IMG/VR virus record: IMGVR_UViG_2634166429_000001
Location: 1 to 64,000 of that record
Source of the DNA: a virus
Taxonomy: Duplodnaviria; Caudoviricetes
DNA length: 64,000 bases
Strand: one strand, 5' to 3'
Positions 45,899 through 55,382 of this stretch are shown in pieces; position 1 is the stretch's first letter; each line of letters opens with the position of its first letter. The translations under genes were made by a program, and so were the position numbers. The notes beneath the pieces are model-generated. The model saw nothing but the letters and a program-made list of their open reading frames with translations, did not search any database and was not told where the DNA came from.

Positions 45899-46710
45899 CC
45901 GCGCCCAGCCTTCGATCCATCAGCTACGGGGGGGGCGTTCAGTCCACCGCGCTGCTCGTCCTCGCCGCGCAGCAGCGCATCGACTTTTCGTTGTTCCTCA
46001 TGGCTAACGTTGGCGACGACTCCGAAAACCCGGCCACTCTCCGGTACATCGAGGAGCACGCCCGCCCATTCGCCGCCGAGCACGGCATAGAGCTGGTCGT
46101 GCTGGATCGTGTGAAGCGAGACGGCAGCGTCGAGACCCTGATGGGCCGACTCACCCGGCCCGGCTCCCGCTCGCTACCGATCCCGATCCGCATGTCCAAC
46201 GGTGCGCCCGGCCAGCGTTCGTGTACGGCCGACTTCAAAATCAAGGTGATCGGCAAGGAACTGAAGCGGCGCGGGGCCACCGCGGCGGCCCCGGCAACGA
46301 TCGGGATCGGTATCTCGGTCGACGAGATCCACCGCGCGAACAACCGCAGGGTCGAACCTCACGAGGTCATCACGTACCCGCTCCTTGACCTTGGGCTCCG
46401 GCGAACCGACTGCGCCCGCATCATCCGCGACGCCGGCCTGCCCGTGCCGCCCAAGTCCAGCTGCTTCTTCTGCCCGTTCCACCGGCCGGAGACCTGGCAC
46501 GACCAGCGGCGCGACGAACCCGAGCTGTTCGAGAAGTCGTGCCAGCTCGAAGAACTCCTCAACAAACGGCGTGACGAGCTGGGCAAAGACCACGTCTACC
46601 TGACCCGCTTCAACCGGCCCTTGCGTGAGGCGATCCCCGACGGCGTCGACCTGCTGCCGATGTTCGACGAGGCGGACGGCCTCTGCGACAGCGGCTGGTG
46701 CATGACCTGA
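45895..46710 (+). CDS. PAPS-reductase-like PP-loop protein
   Basis: 'SYGGGVQS','CTADFKI','IGISVDE','KSSCFFCPF', terminal CxxGxC. Confidence 0.8.
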   Translation: MTAPSLRSISYGGGVQSTALLVLAAQQRIDFSLFLMANVGDDSENPATLRYIEEHARPFAAEHGIELVVLDRVKRDGSVETLMGRLTRPGSRSLPIPIRMSNGAPGQRSCTADFKIKVIGKELKRRGATAAAPATIGIGISVDEIHRANNRRVEPHEVITYPLLDLGLRRTDCARIIRDAGLPVPPKSSCFFCPFHRPETWHDQRRDEPELFEKSCQLEELLNKRRDELGKDHVYLTRFNRPLREAIPDGVDLLPMFDEADGLCDSGWCMT

Positions 46711-46789
46711 CGATCCCCTGTCCACCCGGCCGAACCAGCACCGGAGCCCCACCGCACCACACCCCAGCCCCGCAGGACGGAGAACGACC

Positions 46790-47404
46790 ATGCCCCGCAC
46801 CCGGCCCCGCGCCGCCAAAGCCGCCCCCAAGCCGACCCCCAAGAAGACCACCCCCACCCCGGCCGCCGTCGACCTCCGCCACCTGCTCAAACCACGCCGC
46901 CGCCTCTTCACCGGCCCCATGGGCCCCAACGAGCAAGCCGCCATCCGCGCAGCCCTCGACACCGCCCGCGCAGCCCTCCCCATCCCCGTCCGCACCTGGA
47001 ACGGCTCCACCGCCAACCTCACCGACGGAACCCTCCTCACCCACAACCCCGGCCCCGACCGCCTCTTCACCGCCCACATCGCCTGCCGACACGGCGCCAT
47101 ACACGGCTACCCCATCACCACCCACACCGACCTCCGCGAAGCCCGCGCCCTCACCCACGCCTGCGAACGCCCCCACACCAACCCCACCGACGACGGCATG
47201 AACTGGGACAAGGCCATCACGGGCGGCGTCCACCCCGCACCCGCCCCCAAGCCCGGCGTCGTCGTCCAACTCCGCGAAGGCATACGCCGCGCCGCAGCCA
47301 CCAAAGCCGAAACCCAGCCCCTCACCCTCGCCGACATCGCTGAAGGCCTCGCCGCCCGCACCGCCGATGCCGAGACCGCGAAGGAACACCCCACCGATGC
47401 CTGA
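46790..47404 (+). CDS. Hypothetical protein
   Basis: GGAG RBS; in operon. Confidence 0.6.
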   Translation: MPRTRPRAAKAAPKPTPKKTTPTPAAVDLRHLLKPRRRLFTGPMGPNEQAAIRAALDTARAALPIPVRTWNGSTANLTDGTLLTHNPGPDRLFTAHIACRHGAIHGYPITTHTDLREARALTHACERPHTNPTDDGMNWDKAITGGVHPAPAPKPGVVVQLREGIRRAAATKAETQPLTLADIAEGLAARTADAETAKEHPTDA

Positions 47405-47687
47405 CCTCGAAGACCTCTACGCCGCACCCGCCGCCGACATCGGCCCCACCAGCCCCCGCGACGAACTCCTCACCGCGGCCGCCACACTCCGCACCCGCGA
47501 CGGATTCCTCAACGGACAACTCAGCCTCTGGTTCCTCGACACCGCCGAACTCCACGGCCCCGACGAGACCGGCCACTACTGCTGGCGCGACCGCGACACC
47601 TGGCCCTGCTTCGACGTCCAAGCCGCACAGAAAGTCGCCTTCGCCCTCGGCATCGGATCCGGGCCCTGGGGAGCCGTCCATGCCTGA
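47397..47687 (+). CDS. Hypothetical protein
   Basis: Overlapping starts and stops; 'WPC' motif. Confidence 0.55.
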   Translation: MPDLEDLYAAPAADIGPTSPRDELLTAAATLRTRDGFLNGQLSLWFLDTAELHGPDETGHYCWRDRDTWPCFDVQAAQKVAFALGIGSGPWGAVHA

Positions 47688-47952
47688 GACCACCCCCGGC
47701 TACAGCGCAGCCCTCGGCGCCGCCGAACACCACGCCACCACCCAAAACCTCCGCGACCAGGCCTACACCACCCAACTCGCCCGGCAGCTCTACCAGCGCT
47801 ACCCAGACCTCCTCACCGCAGAAACAGACCTCGCCATCCTCCGCGCCCGCCTCGCCATCGTCACCACCTTCATCCAAAACCCCATCTACGACGCCACCAC
47901 CCGCCACGCCCTCGCCCAAGCCCTCAACCTCCCCACCCCGGAGAAGACGTGA
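47680..47952 (+). CDS. Hypothetical protein
   Basis: Coupled ORF. Confidence 0.55.
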   Translation: MPETTPGYSAALGAAEHHATTQNLRDQAYTTQLARQLYQRYPDLLTAETDLAILRARLAIVTTFIQNPIYDATTRHALAQALNLPTPEKT

Positions 47953-48350
47953 CCCCCGACGACTACGGACACCTCTACGCCGAAGCCCACGACGAACCCG
48001 CCTTCTCCAACAGCGATGAAGGCTACGGCTGGATGGACGCCAACTGCGCCACCTGCATCCACGACAAGCCGGCCCGCCAAGGCCGCGACCACGAAGGATG
48101 CCCCCTCATCCTCATCACCCTCATGAGCAAGCGCCCCATCCAATTCCTCGACGGACCGCGAAGCCCCGAAGGCCTCTACAACATCGCCGACCAATATCGG
48201 TGCATCGAGTACCGGCACGAGAACGACGGACCCACCGACCCCCAACCCATCCCCGACCCGCCCGGACAACTCACCCTCCTGCCCCGAGAGGACTACCAGG
48301 GCCACCGCATGCTCACCCAGGCCCCGCAGGAAACGGCGGTACCCCGATGA
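47949..48350 (+). CDS. Hypothetical protein ('FSNSDEG..W...C..C')
   Basis: Coupled ORF with phage-like Cys motif. Confidence 0.6.
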   Translation: MTPDDYGHLYAEAHDEPAFSNSDEGYGWMDANCATCIHDKPARQGRDHEGCPLILITLMSKRPIQFLDGPRSPEGLYNIADQYRCIEYRHENDGPTDPQPIPDPPGQLTLLPREDYQGHRMLTQAPQETAVPR

Positions 48351-48820
48351 CCACCACCGTCCCCGAAACCGTTCACGGCAGCATCACCCGCCCCAAGTCC
48401 TGGCGCATCGCCCTCCCCGAAGGGACCTTCCTCCTCAACGACAACCAGCGACTCCACCACAGGCGCAAGGCCGAGTACATCGAACTCATCCGACGGGCCA
48501 GCGCAGTCGCCGCCCGAGCCGCCGAAATCCCCACCTTCGAACGCATCCACGTCTACTACGTCGTCCACCCCAAGCCCAGCGTCCGACGCCGCGACCCCGG
48601 CAACTGGTCCCCCACCGCCAAAGCCGCCATCGACGGCCTCGTCGACGCCCGCACCATCCCCGACGACAACTCCACACGCGTCCTCGGCGGAGACCCCCGA
48701 CTCGGCGACCCCGTCAAGGGATCCCAGTTCGTCCTGTGGATCACCGACCTCGACCAGATACACCCCGAACACCTCGCCCTCCTCAACCCGCCCACCGCCC
48801 TCCCGGGAGCCACCCGATGA
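48347..48820 (+). CDS. RusA-like Holliday junction resolvase
   Basis: 'RRRDPGN..TAKAAIDGLVDA..IPDD'. Confidence 0.8.
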   Translation: MTTTVPETVHGSITRPKSWRIALPEGTFLLNDNQRLHHRRKAEYIELIRRASAVAARAAEIPTFERIHVYYVVHPKPSVRRRDPGNWSPTAKAAIDGLVDARTIPDDNSTRVLGGDPRLGDPVKGSQFVLWITDLDQIHPEHLALLNPPTALPGATR

Positions 48821-49266
48821 CCACCATGACGCCCCCGACAGGCCGCGTAAGGAATTCCGCCGCGCCGGCCCGAGACTGGCGGTCCTACGCCACCTGCCGC
48901 GAGACCGACCCGGAACTCTTCTTCGCAATCGGCCCGCACTCCGCGAGGGAGATCGCGCAGGCGAAGCGTGTGTGTGTGGGCTGCCCGGTCCGGTCCGCAT
49001 GCCTGGAGTGGGCGCTGGACACCGGCCAGAACCACGGCGTGTGGGGCGGCCTGGACGAAGCCGAGCGCCGCCAGATAGCCCGGAACCCGTTCTCCCACCG
49101 TGCCGTGGCCCTGGCGAACCAGGAGTTCATCGAGGAGCAGTTGGCCGCGAAGGTGTCGTTGCGGCAGATCGCCGCCGAGTTGGGGATCGGGCATGCGGCG
49201 GTCCGGCACGCGGTCGCCGAGTTCCGCGCCAACCGTGAGGGCGTGGAGGAGGTGCAGGCGGCATGA
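48817..49266 (+). CDS. WhiB-family regulator with C-terminal HTH
   Basis: 'CRETDPELFF','CVGCPVRSACLEWAL','GVWGGL'. Confidence 0.9.
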   Translation: MTTMTPPTGRVRNSAAPARDWRSYATCRETDPELFFAIGPHSAREIAQAKRVCVGCPVRSACLEWALDTGQNHGVWGGLDEAERRQIARNPFSHRAVALANQEFIEEQLAAKVSLRQIAAELGIGHAAVRHAVAEFRANREGVEEVQAA

Positions 49267-50078
49267 GCGAGCTGAACGCGGCGCAGCGAGGGGACCTGGC
49301 GGAGTCGATGCTTCCCGTAGCCGCACACCTCGCCGTTCTCGTCCACGGCGACGGAGGTCCGGAAGACGTCAGCGCCGTCATCCACGGCCTCACCGACACC
49401 GAGAAGGACGCCCTCATCGTGGTCCTGGCCGGCTTGGTCGACCCGGAGCAGCCGATGGGGAAGGCCCTTGGCTGGCTGGACTTCAACGAGCACGGCAGTC
49501 TCACGGTGCCGCCGTCGTGGAGTGAAGCGGGAACGATTCGTGATCTGGTCCCGGATCAGGAGGAGCTCGAGCTGGGGGACGACTACGTCGACCCGGCTGC
49601 GGTCGCCAAGTTCGTCAAGGGCTTCCGCGTGGAGGTCACGGACGCCGACTTCCTGGCCGCGGTCCAGGAGTGCTTCGCCCTGGGGATGACCTTGGGGGAT
49701 GTGGACCGGCTGCGCGGATGGGCATCGAAGACCGCCGAGAAGTGGGTGAACCGGCTCAGGAAGCGGTATCAGCGTGCCGGCCGCGAGTTCCCGAGCCTGG
49801 GCCCGGTCGTCGGTCCGGTGCTGACGGAGCGGGACGTGGTGAAGATGCGGCAGCGGTCGGAGCGCGGCGACTCCGATGTGGCGATCTCCATGTCGTTCGA
49901 CGTGACCAGGGAGACCGTGCGGGCGATCTGCACGGGCAAGCGGTACCCGCACTTCGGGGGGCCGATCCGGAAGGTTCGGAGTGCGAAGGGCACGCAGGCA
50001 TCGAGGGACTTCATGTGCGGGCACGGGGCGACGTCGCAGTTGGCGACGAAGAAGCACCAGCTGGGAGAAGCGGCATGA
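49263..50078 (+). CDS. Hypothetical protein with HTH-like segments
   Basis: Coupled; 'LTERDVVKMR..IS..FDVTRETVRAI'. Confidence 0.65.
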   Translation: MSELNAAQRGDLAESMLPVAAHLAVLVHGDGGPEDVSAVIHGLTDTEKDALIVVLAGLVDPEQPMGKALGWLDFNEHGSLTVPPSWSEAGTIRDLVPDQEELELGDDYVDPAAVAKFVKGFRVEVTDADFLAAVQECFALGMTLGDVDRLRGWASKTAEKWVNRLRKRYQRAGREFPSLGPVVGPVLTERDVVKMRQRSERGDSDVAISMSFDVTRETVRAICTGKRYPHFGGPIRKVRSAKGTQASRDFMCGHGATSQLATKKHQLGEAA

Positions 50079-50132
50079 GCAGGGGGAAGGCACCCCAGCG
50101 AAACCGCCTCTGAACTGGGAAAATTCTTCTGC

Positions 50133-50166
50133 GGGGCCGCCGGTGTTAGCGCACCAAAGCGGCCCC
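50133..50166 (+). other. Leader hairpin with UUAGCG loop upstream of HNH gene
   Basis: GGGGCCGC-C-GGTG-TTAGCG-CACC-AAA-GCGGCCCC; near-copy of array unit 36527-36557. Confidence 0.65.
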
Positions 50167-50202
50167 TGACCCTGCCATCCGAGATACCGGAAGGAGGGCT
50201 TC

Positions 50203-50937
50203 ATGGACAGTATCGAGTCCTACCCGCTACATACCAAGCGGGGGCCCAAGGCGTGCACCATGCCCGACTGCGGCGCGAAGGTCAGCGCTCGAGGACTGTG
50301 CAACAAGCACTACAAGCGTTGGAAAGCCCACGGTGACCCGAACACCTTCTTGCCGATCAGGCACACAGGGTGCGCCGTGGATGGCTGCGGTGGGGAGCAC
50401 AAGAACAGCGGTTACTGCGCCAAGCACTACAAGCGCTGGCGCAGATGGGGCGACCCCAATGGATCCCGGCAGCTCATTCCGGCAGATGTGCGGTTCTGGG
50501 CCAAGGTCAACAAGTCCGGGCCTATGCCGGCGCAGGGGCGTGTCACGGGAGCTTGTTGGCAGTGGACGGCAGGGCAGAACGGTCGCGGATACGGAGTATT
50601 CCACCCCGTGAAGAGCCAGTCGGTTCTTGTGCACCGCTACTCCTGGGAGCTTGCGCGTAGTCCGATACCAGAGGAACTGGTCATAGACCACCTGTGTCGT
50701 AACCGGGCTTGTGTGAACCCCGCTCATCTTGAGGTGGTCACACTCGCCGAGAACACGCGCCGTGGCTTTGGGATCAGCACCTGGAACCGTCTGAAAACGC
50801 ATTGCCCGGCCGGTCACCCGTACGACGCCGAGAACACCTACCTGCAACCTCGAAAGAACAGTCGCAGATGTCGTGCCTGTGCCCGTGATCGAGACAAGGC
50901 ATCCCACCGACGCAATCGACGGAAGAAGACAGCATGA
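50203..50937 (+). CDS. HNH endonuclease
   Basis: 'VHRYSWEL','[19 protein letters not shown]','KTHCPAGH'; visibly lower GC than neighbours. Confidence 0.9.
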   Translation: MDSIESYPLHTKRGPKACTMPDCGAKVSARGLCNKHYKRWKAHGDPNTFLPIRHTGCAVDGCGGEHKNSGYCAKHYKRWRRWGDPNGSRQLIPADVRFWAKVNKSGPMPAQGRVTGACWQWTAGQNGRGYGVFHPVKSQSVLVHRYSWELARSPIPEELVIDHLCRNRACVNPAHLEVVTLAENTRRGFGISTWNRLKTHCPAGHPYDAENTYLQPRKNSRRCRACARDRDKASHRRNRRKKTA

Positions 50938-51437
50938 GCAACGAAACGATCATCACAGTCGTCGGAAACCTAGTAGACGATCCCGAGTTGCGCTGGACGA
51001 GTAGCAGCGTGGCGGTGGCGAAGTTCCGTATCGCGTCGACGCCGCGGACGTTCGACAAGCAGACCAACGAGTGGAAGGACGGCGAGTCCCTGTTCCTGAC
51101 GTGCTCGGTGTGGCGTCAGGCTGCGGAGCATGTCGCGGAGTCCCTTCAGCGCGGTATGCGGGTGATCGTGCAGGGCCGGCTGAAGCAGCGGTCGTATGAG
51201 GACCGGGAGGGGGTGAAGCGGACGGTGTATGAGCTGGATGTGGAGGAGCTCGGCCCGTCTCTGCGGAACGCGACGGCGAAGGTGACGAAGGCGGGTGGTT
51301 CGGGGCAGGCCAGGGAGGCGTTGCAGCAGGCGCGTACGCGGTCGTCGCGGGAGGGGAGGGAGGATCCGTGGGCGTCGTCGGGTGCGGCTGCTGAGTCGGC
51401 TCAGGCGGGCGCGTGGGGGGACGCTCCGCCGTTCTGA
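50934..51437 (+). CDS. ssb: Single-stranded DNA-binding protein
   Basis: Canonical actinobacterial SSB '[20 protein letters not shown]', ends 'PPF'. Confidence 0.95.
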   Translation: MSNETIITVVGNLVDDPELRWTSSSVAVAKFRIASTPRTFDKQTNEWKDGESLFLTCSVWRQAAEHVAESLQRGMRVIVQGRLKQRSYEDREGVKRTVYELDVEELGPSLRNATAKVTKAGGSGQAREALQQARTRSSREGREDPWASSGAAAESAQAGAWGDAPPF

Positions 51438-51508
51438 CTGGCGGGTGTTGGGCGTGAGGGGTCTGGCTTTTGGGTTGGGCCCCTTTCGTGTGTCCGGGGG
51501 CGTCACAA

Positions 51509-51540
51509 CCATTGCGGTGCAATGGAATATGGGTTAGAGT
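51509..51540 (+). promoter_or_regulatory. Promoter/operator motif B copy: TTGCGG-N17-TAGAGT
   Basis: CCATTGC-GGT-GCAATGG palindrome followed by AATATGGGTTAGAGT. Confidence 0.75.
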
Positions 51541-51580
51541 CGTCTTATTCCACCACCCCACCAAACCACCGGGGGACCCC

Positions 51581-51808
51581 ATGCTGACCACCGGCTTCGC
51601 CTCCATCCCCGCGGGCACCAACGTGCAGACCCCCAGCGGCCGGCGTGCCACCACGGTGGACGACTCCACGCTGGTCCGGAACTCCGAGACCGGCCTGATC
51701 ACCGCAACCAACCTGATCAGGTTCTCCGCCGACGACGAGGTCTGCCCGGGCGGCGAATGGCTCTGGGACGCCCAGAAGCTCACTCCGGTAGTCGAGAACG
51801 GCGCATGA
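51581..51808 (+). CDS. Hypothetical protein
   Basis: First ORF after motif B promoter. Confidence 0.55.
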   Translation: MLTTGFASIPAGTNVQTPSGRRATTVDDSTLVRNSETGLITATNLIRFSADDEVCPGGEWLWDAQKLTPVVENGA

Positions 51809-51934
51809 CGTGGGCTGCGACTGCGGCGCCAGCGCCCGCGACATCGCCGCCGGCATCCACTACCCCGGCTGCACCACCACCGAAGGACCGGTCGACGACC
51901 CGTCCGACCACTACGGCCAGTAAGAGGGCACAAG

Positions 51935-52294
51935 ATGCGCAACAACATGGCCAAGGAAGCACGGCTCCGCATCATGCGGCTGGCCCGTCAGCGAGACACG
52001 CTGAAGACAGTTGAGGGTGTTGAGCAGCGTACATCCGTGGATGACGCCCGAATCGCCCTGTGCATCGCCCTCGGCGTCGACCTGGACGACATCGACCCCA
52101 CCTCCGGACACAACCTGAGCCGCTCCGCCTACGAAAGCGTTCGCGAATCCTGGCGGTGGAACATCCAGATGCACGGATGGACGGAGTGGTGGGAACGCAG
52201 TCTGAACGAGGCGCTGGCCTCTTGGCGGGAACGCCGTCCGGAGTTCCTGGACGGCGATGACTGGCTGAAAGGCATTCCCCTCGAGCCCAAGTAG
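51935..52294 (+). CDS. Hypothetical protein
   Basis: GAGGG RBS; 119 aa. Confidence 0.6.
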   Translation: MRNNMAKEARLRIMRLARQRDTLKTVEGVEQRTSVDDARIALCIALGVDLDDIDPTSGHNLSRSAYESVRESWRWNIQMHGWTEWWERSLNEALASWRERRPEFLDGDDWLKGIPLEPK

Positions 52295-52471
52295 CCCCCA
52301 TGCCATGGGCCTCCCGCCCCCAGGAGGCCCCTCCCCGGGCCGCGCCACCCCCGCACCCCCAACCCCCTCCTGCGGGGGTGCGCGGTCCCCCCTCCCACGA
52401 CGGGCCGCCCGCCACGATCGCAGCCGTGCGGGCGGCCCACCCCTCGTTCCCGCTGAAGGAGCACCGCCACC

Positions 52472-52867
52472 GTGAAGACCCTCGACTTCGAATCCCCGTA
52501 CGGCTGCCGCTGGTGCGGGACCCAACGCTGGCACCACGGCCGTCGGTGGAAGCCGGTCGTTGGCCTGCACGCCTGGGAGGTCCCCAGCGAGGCGCTGATC
52601 CTCGAGCGAATGACGCGGCGCCGTGCGGACCGTCTGGCCGCCCTCCCGCAGGTCTTCCACGCCACCACCGGCTGGGCCGCCGACGGCACGGGGGAGAGCG
52701 CCGACCCGTACTGCGCGGACTGCAAGCGGGACGGCTGCCCCCGCTGGGCACGCATCCAAACCCGCCTGGACCAGCAGCGCCACGGCCTGCCCCGCCGTTT
52801 CCGTCGCCGCCGTAAGGCGCCCGCCGGCGCTGGCGGATGGGGCGGCAACTCGACCTGGCCGTTCTGA
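52472..52867 (+). CDS. Hypothetical Cys-containing protein
   Basis: AAGGAG RBS; 'PYGCRWCG'. Confidence 0.6.
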   Translation: MKTLDFESPYGCRWCGTQRWHHGRRWKPVVGLHAWEVPSEALILERMTRRRADRLAALPQVFHATTGWAADGTGESADPYCADCKRDGCPRWARIQTRLDQQRHGLPRRFRRRRKAPAGAGGWGGNSTWPF

Positions 52868-52901
52868 CCGAACCTCACCTGCAAAGGAGCAGCACCACGC
52901 C

Positions 52902-53459
52902 ATGACCGTGACCCCGGACGCCGCACCTGGCCCGCCCGCCGTGCGCCCCATCGACCCGCAGCAAGCTGCCGCGACCCTGTGGGCCAGCCTGAAGGAGTAC
53001 CAGCCCGCGATTGCCGGCGCCCTCGCCCTCCACCTCCGCGGTCTCCCCGAGGACTGGGCGCCGCGGGAGTTCGGTATCGCCCGCCCCGACGCTCTCCTCA
53101 CCCTGCGGCCGCCGCTGCGGCCGGGCTGCAACCAGATGCCGGAGGCCGCCCCCTACAACCCGGGAAGCGTCGACAACTTCGACGACTGCCCGGCCTGCGC
53201 CGAGACGGGTCTGATCTGCCGGTGGCACGACGGGCAGGCCAACGCGCACGAGTACTGGCACAACCACGTCATGGACGCCCTGCGGCACGACCGGGATGCG
53301 CGTGTCGACGACGTCCTCACCCATCAGGAGGCGGAAGACGAAGGCACGCCGTGCGTCTGCGCCCGCTGCGCCCCACCCAAGCCCGTCCCCGTCCGTGGCC
53401 CGTGGTGGTCCCGGATCCGCACCATCCTCACCCGCGCAAAGGAGAACCACGCCCGATGA
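52902..53459 (+). CDS. Hypothetical protein
   Basis: AAGGAG RBS. Confidence 0.6.
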   Translation: MTVTPDAAPGPPAVRPIDPQQAAATLWASLKEYQPAIAGALALHLRGLPEDWAPREFGIARPDALLTLRPPLRPGCNQMPEAAPYNPGSVDNFDDCPACAETGLICRWHDGQANAHEYWHNHVMDALRHDRDARVDDVLTHQEAEDEGTPCVCARCAPPKPVPVRGPWWSRIRTILTRAKENHAR

Positions 53460-53992
53460 CTACAAACGTTCCGGAGGCCGTTCCCGGACGCCTCATCACC
53501 TACACCCACCCCGTCACCAGCCAGGTCCTGCCCGGCATCATCGCCGCCATCGACGAAGGCAACCTGCTTCGGCTGCGGTTCGACGGGCACCGGCTCACCC
53601 TCACCGTGCCGGACGCCACCGACAAGGTCACCTACCTCGACATGGGGACCCTGCCCGCACCCGACCCGGAGCCGGGGGACCGCTTTCACCCCATCCCGGA
53701 GGAGCTCACCGGCGCCTGGCAGAGGATCCCGGTCCACCAGTTCGACACGGGTGAGCTGATCGCACTGACCGACGACCACGACCAGGCGGTGGCGGCACTG
53801 ACCGCGTTCCGTGTGTCGCAGGGCTGGGAGCCGGAGCTCGTCGACCTCACCGCGCTCGAGCTGGCCTACGCGGCATTCGAGTGGCTGCCCGAGGACGCCG
53901 GCACCGCCTGGTCCATGACGCCCGCGGTGGAGGGCGACGACCAGGCCATCCACCTGCACCGCCTGCCCGTCCCGCCCATGGAAGACGAATGA
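53456..53992 (+). CDS. Hypothetical protein
   Basis: ATGA coupling. Confidence 0.6.
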   Translation: MTTNVPEAVPGRLITYTHPVTSQVLPGIIAAIDEGNLLRLRFDGHRLTLTVPDATDKVTYLDMGTLPAPDPEPGDRFHPIPEELTGAWQRIPVHQFDTGELIALTDDHDQAVAALTAFRVSQGWEPELVDLTALELAYAAFEWLPEDAGTAWSMTPAVEGDDQAIHLHRLPVPPMEDE

Positions 53993-54015
53993 GCCCCCAC
54001 AGGAGGTACCACCGC

Positions 54016-54813
54016 ATGACCGCAACACCCGAAACCGAGACCATCACGACCCAGACCCCCGAGGAGCTTCTGGCGGAACTGGCTCAGCTACACATCCGCA
54101 CCATCGTTCCCCCGTCCCCGAAGCAGCTGGCCGCTTTCGGGTGGCAGGCCATCGCGGGTTGCCAGGCTGCCGGGTTCGCCCGTGCCCTGCACGTCCTGAT
54201 GGAGACGGCCCCGGACAAGGCTGCGGAGATCACCGACTGGTTCCAGGGGCCGTTCGAGGAGGGACCGGACCCGGAGGAGCACACGGACTGGATCGCACGG
54301 ACCGTGGCGCAGGACGTGAACGTGCTGGACCAGTGGATCACGGAGGCTCGGGAGCTCGCCGTGAAGTCCGCGGAAGCGACAGCGGAGCGCGAGGCCGGCG
54401 AGGTCGAACGCGACGCCGTTCACAAGCACTTCGGCCTGTCGTACGCGAATTACCTGGTCCTGCCGCGCACGCTGCTCCAGTCGATGCCCGACGAGTGGCA
54501 GACCAAGTTCGTGGCGCTGCTGAAGGTCCTCGAGGACGCGTTCGCGCACGTGCCGCAGGCCGACGTGTACGACGTCACCGCGGGCAAGGAAGACCTCCTG
54601 CGGGACATGACCGAGTCCGAGCTCTACCAGGCTGGCGTTGAGGTCACCGGCGACGACGACCTCGGGCACGGCCCGGACACCGTGTACCGCAGAATCAAGA
54701 CCGGTGAGGAGCTGGACGGCGACTCGTACGGCTTCCGCCCGGGCAAGGACCCAGTGCCGCACTACAACCGGGGACGCGCCCGTGTGGAGCCGCGCCTGGG
54801 CGGTGGCGAGTGA
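54016..54813 (+). CDS. Hypothetical phage protein ('FGLSYANYLVLPRTLLQSMPDEWQ')
   Basis: AGGAGG RBS; conserved-looking phage motif. Confidence 0.7.
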   Translation: MTATPETETITTQTPEELLAELAQLHIRTIVPPSPKQLAAFGWQAIAGCQAAGFARALHVLMETAPDKAAEITDWFQGPFEEGPDPEEHTDWIARTVAQDVNVLDQWITEARELAVKSAEATAEREAGEVERDAVHKHFGLSYANYLVLPRTLLQSMPDEWQTKFVALLKVLEDAFAHVPQADVYDVTAGKEDLLRDMTESELYQAGVEVTGDDDLGHGPDTVYRRIKTGEELDGDSYGFRPGKDPVPHYNRGRARVEPRLGGGE

Positions 54814-55382
54814 GCGTCCTGACGCTGATGCCGGCGGACACGGAGCTGGACGTGCACGTGGAGCAGACGCGGGACCTCGCCGGAGGAACCGCCGCTGCCG
54901 TATTCGACAGCCCCGCCCGCACCTACCGGTACCTCCTCACCCGAATCTGGGACCCCACCACCAAGCCCCTCGTGGTCCTGATGCTCAACCCCAGCACCGC
55001 GAACGCCCTGACCGACGATCCGACCATCCGCCGCCTGGCCGGCCCAACCGGGTTCGCCCGCCGAGAGCAGGCGGGGGGAGTGGTCGTCGTCAACCTGTTC
55101 GCGCTGTGTTCCCCGGACCCGCGGGACCTGGCCCGGCACCCCGACCCGGTCGGCCGGTACGCGGACGTGTTCATACGGACTGCCGCAGCCATGGGGGACG
55201 CGGTGGTGGTGGCGTGGGGTGCGTTCCCGGTAGCGGCGGAGCGCAGCCAGGTCGTGGTGGAGGGTCTGCGCGGGCGTGGCGTGCGTCTGCTGTGTCTGGG
55301 GACGACGTCGAAGGGGCTACCGCGGCATCCGCTGTACCTGCCGGGTGCGGCGGCCCTCGAGCCGTACGGGGTGACGGCGTGA
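54810..55382 (+). CDS. DUF1643 family protein
   Basis: 'YRYLLTRIW','MLNPSTA..DDPTIRR','VNLFA','AWG','PRHPLY'. Confidence 0.88.
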   Translation: MSVLTLMPADTELDVHVEQTRDLAGGTAAAVFDSPARTYRYLLTRIWDPTTKPLVVLMLNPSTANALTDDPTIRRLAGPTGFARREQAGGVVVVNLFALCSPDPRDLARHPDPVGRYADVFIRTAAAMGDAVVVAWGAFPVAAERSQVVVEGLRGRGVRLLCLGTTSKGLPRHPLYLPGAAALEPYGVTA

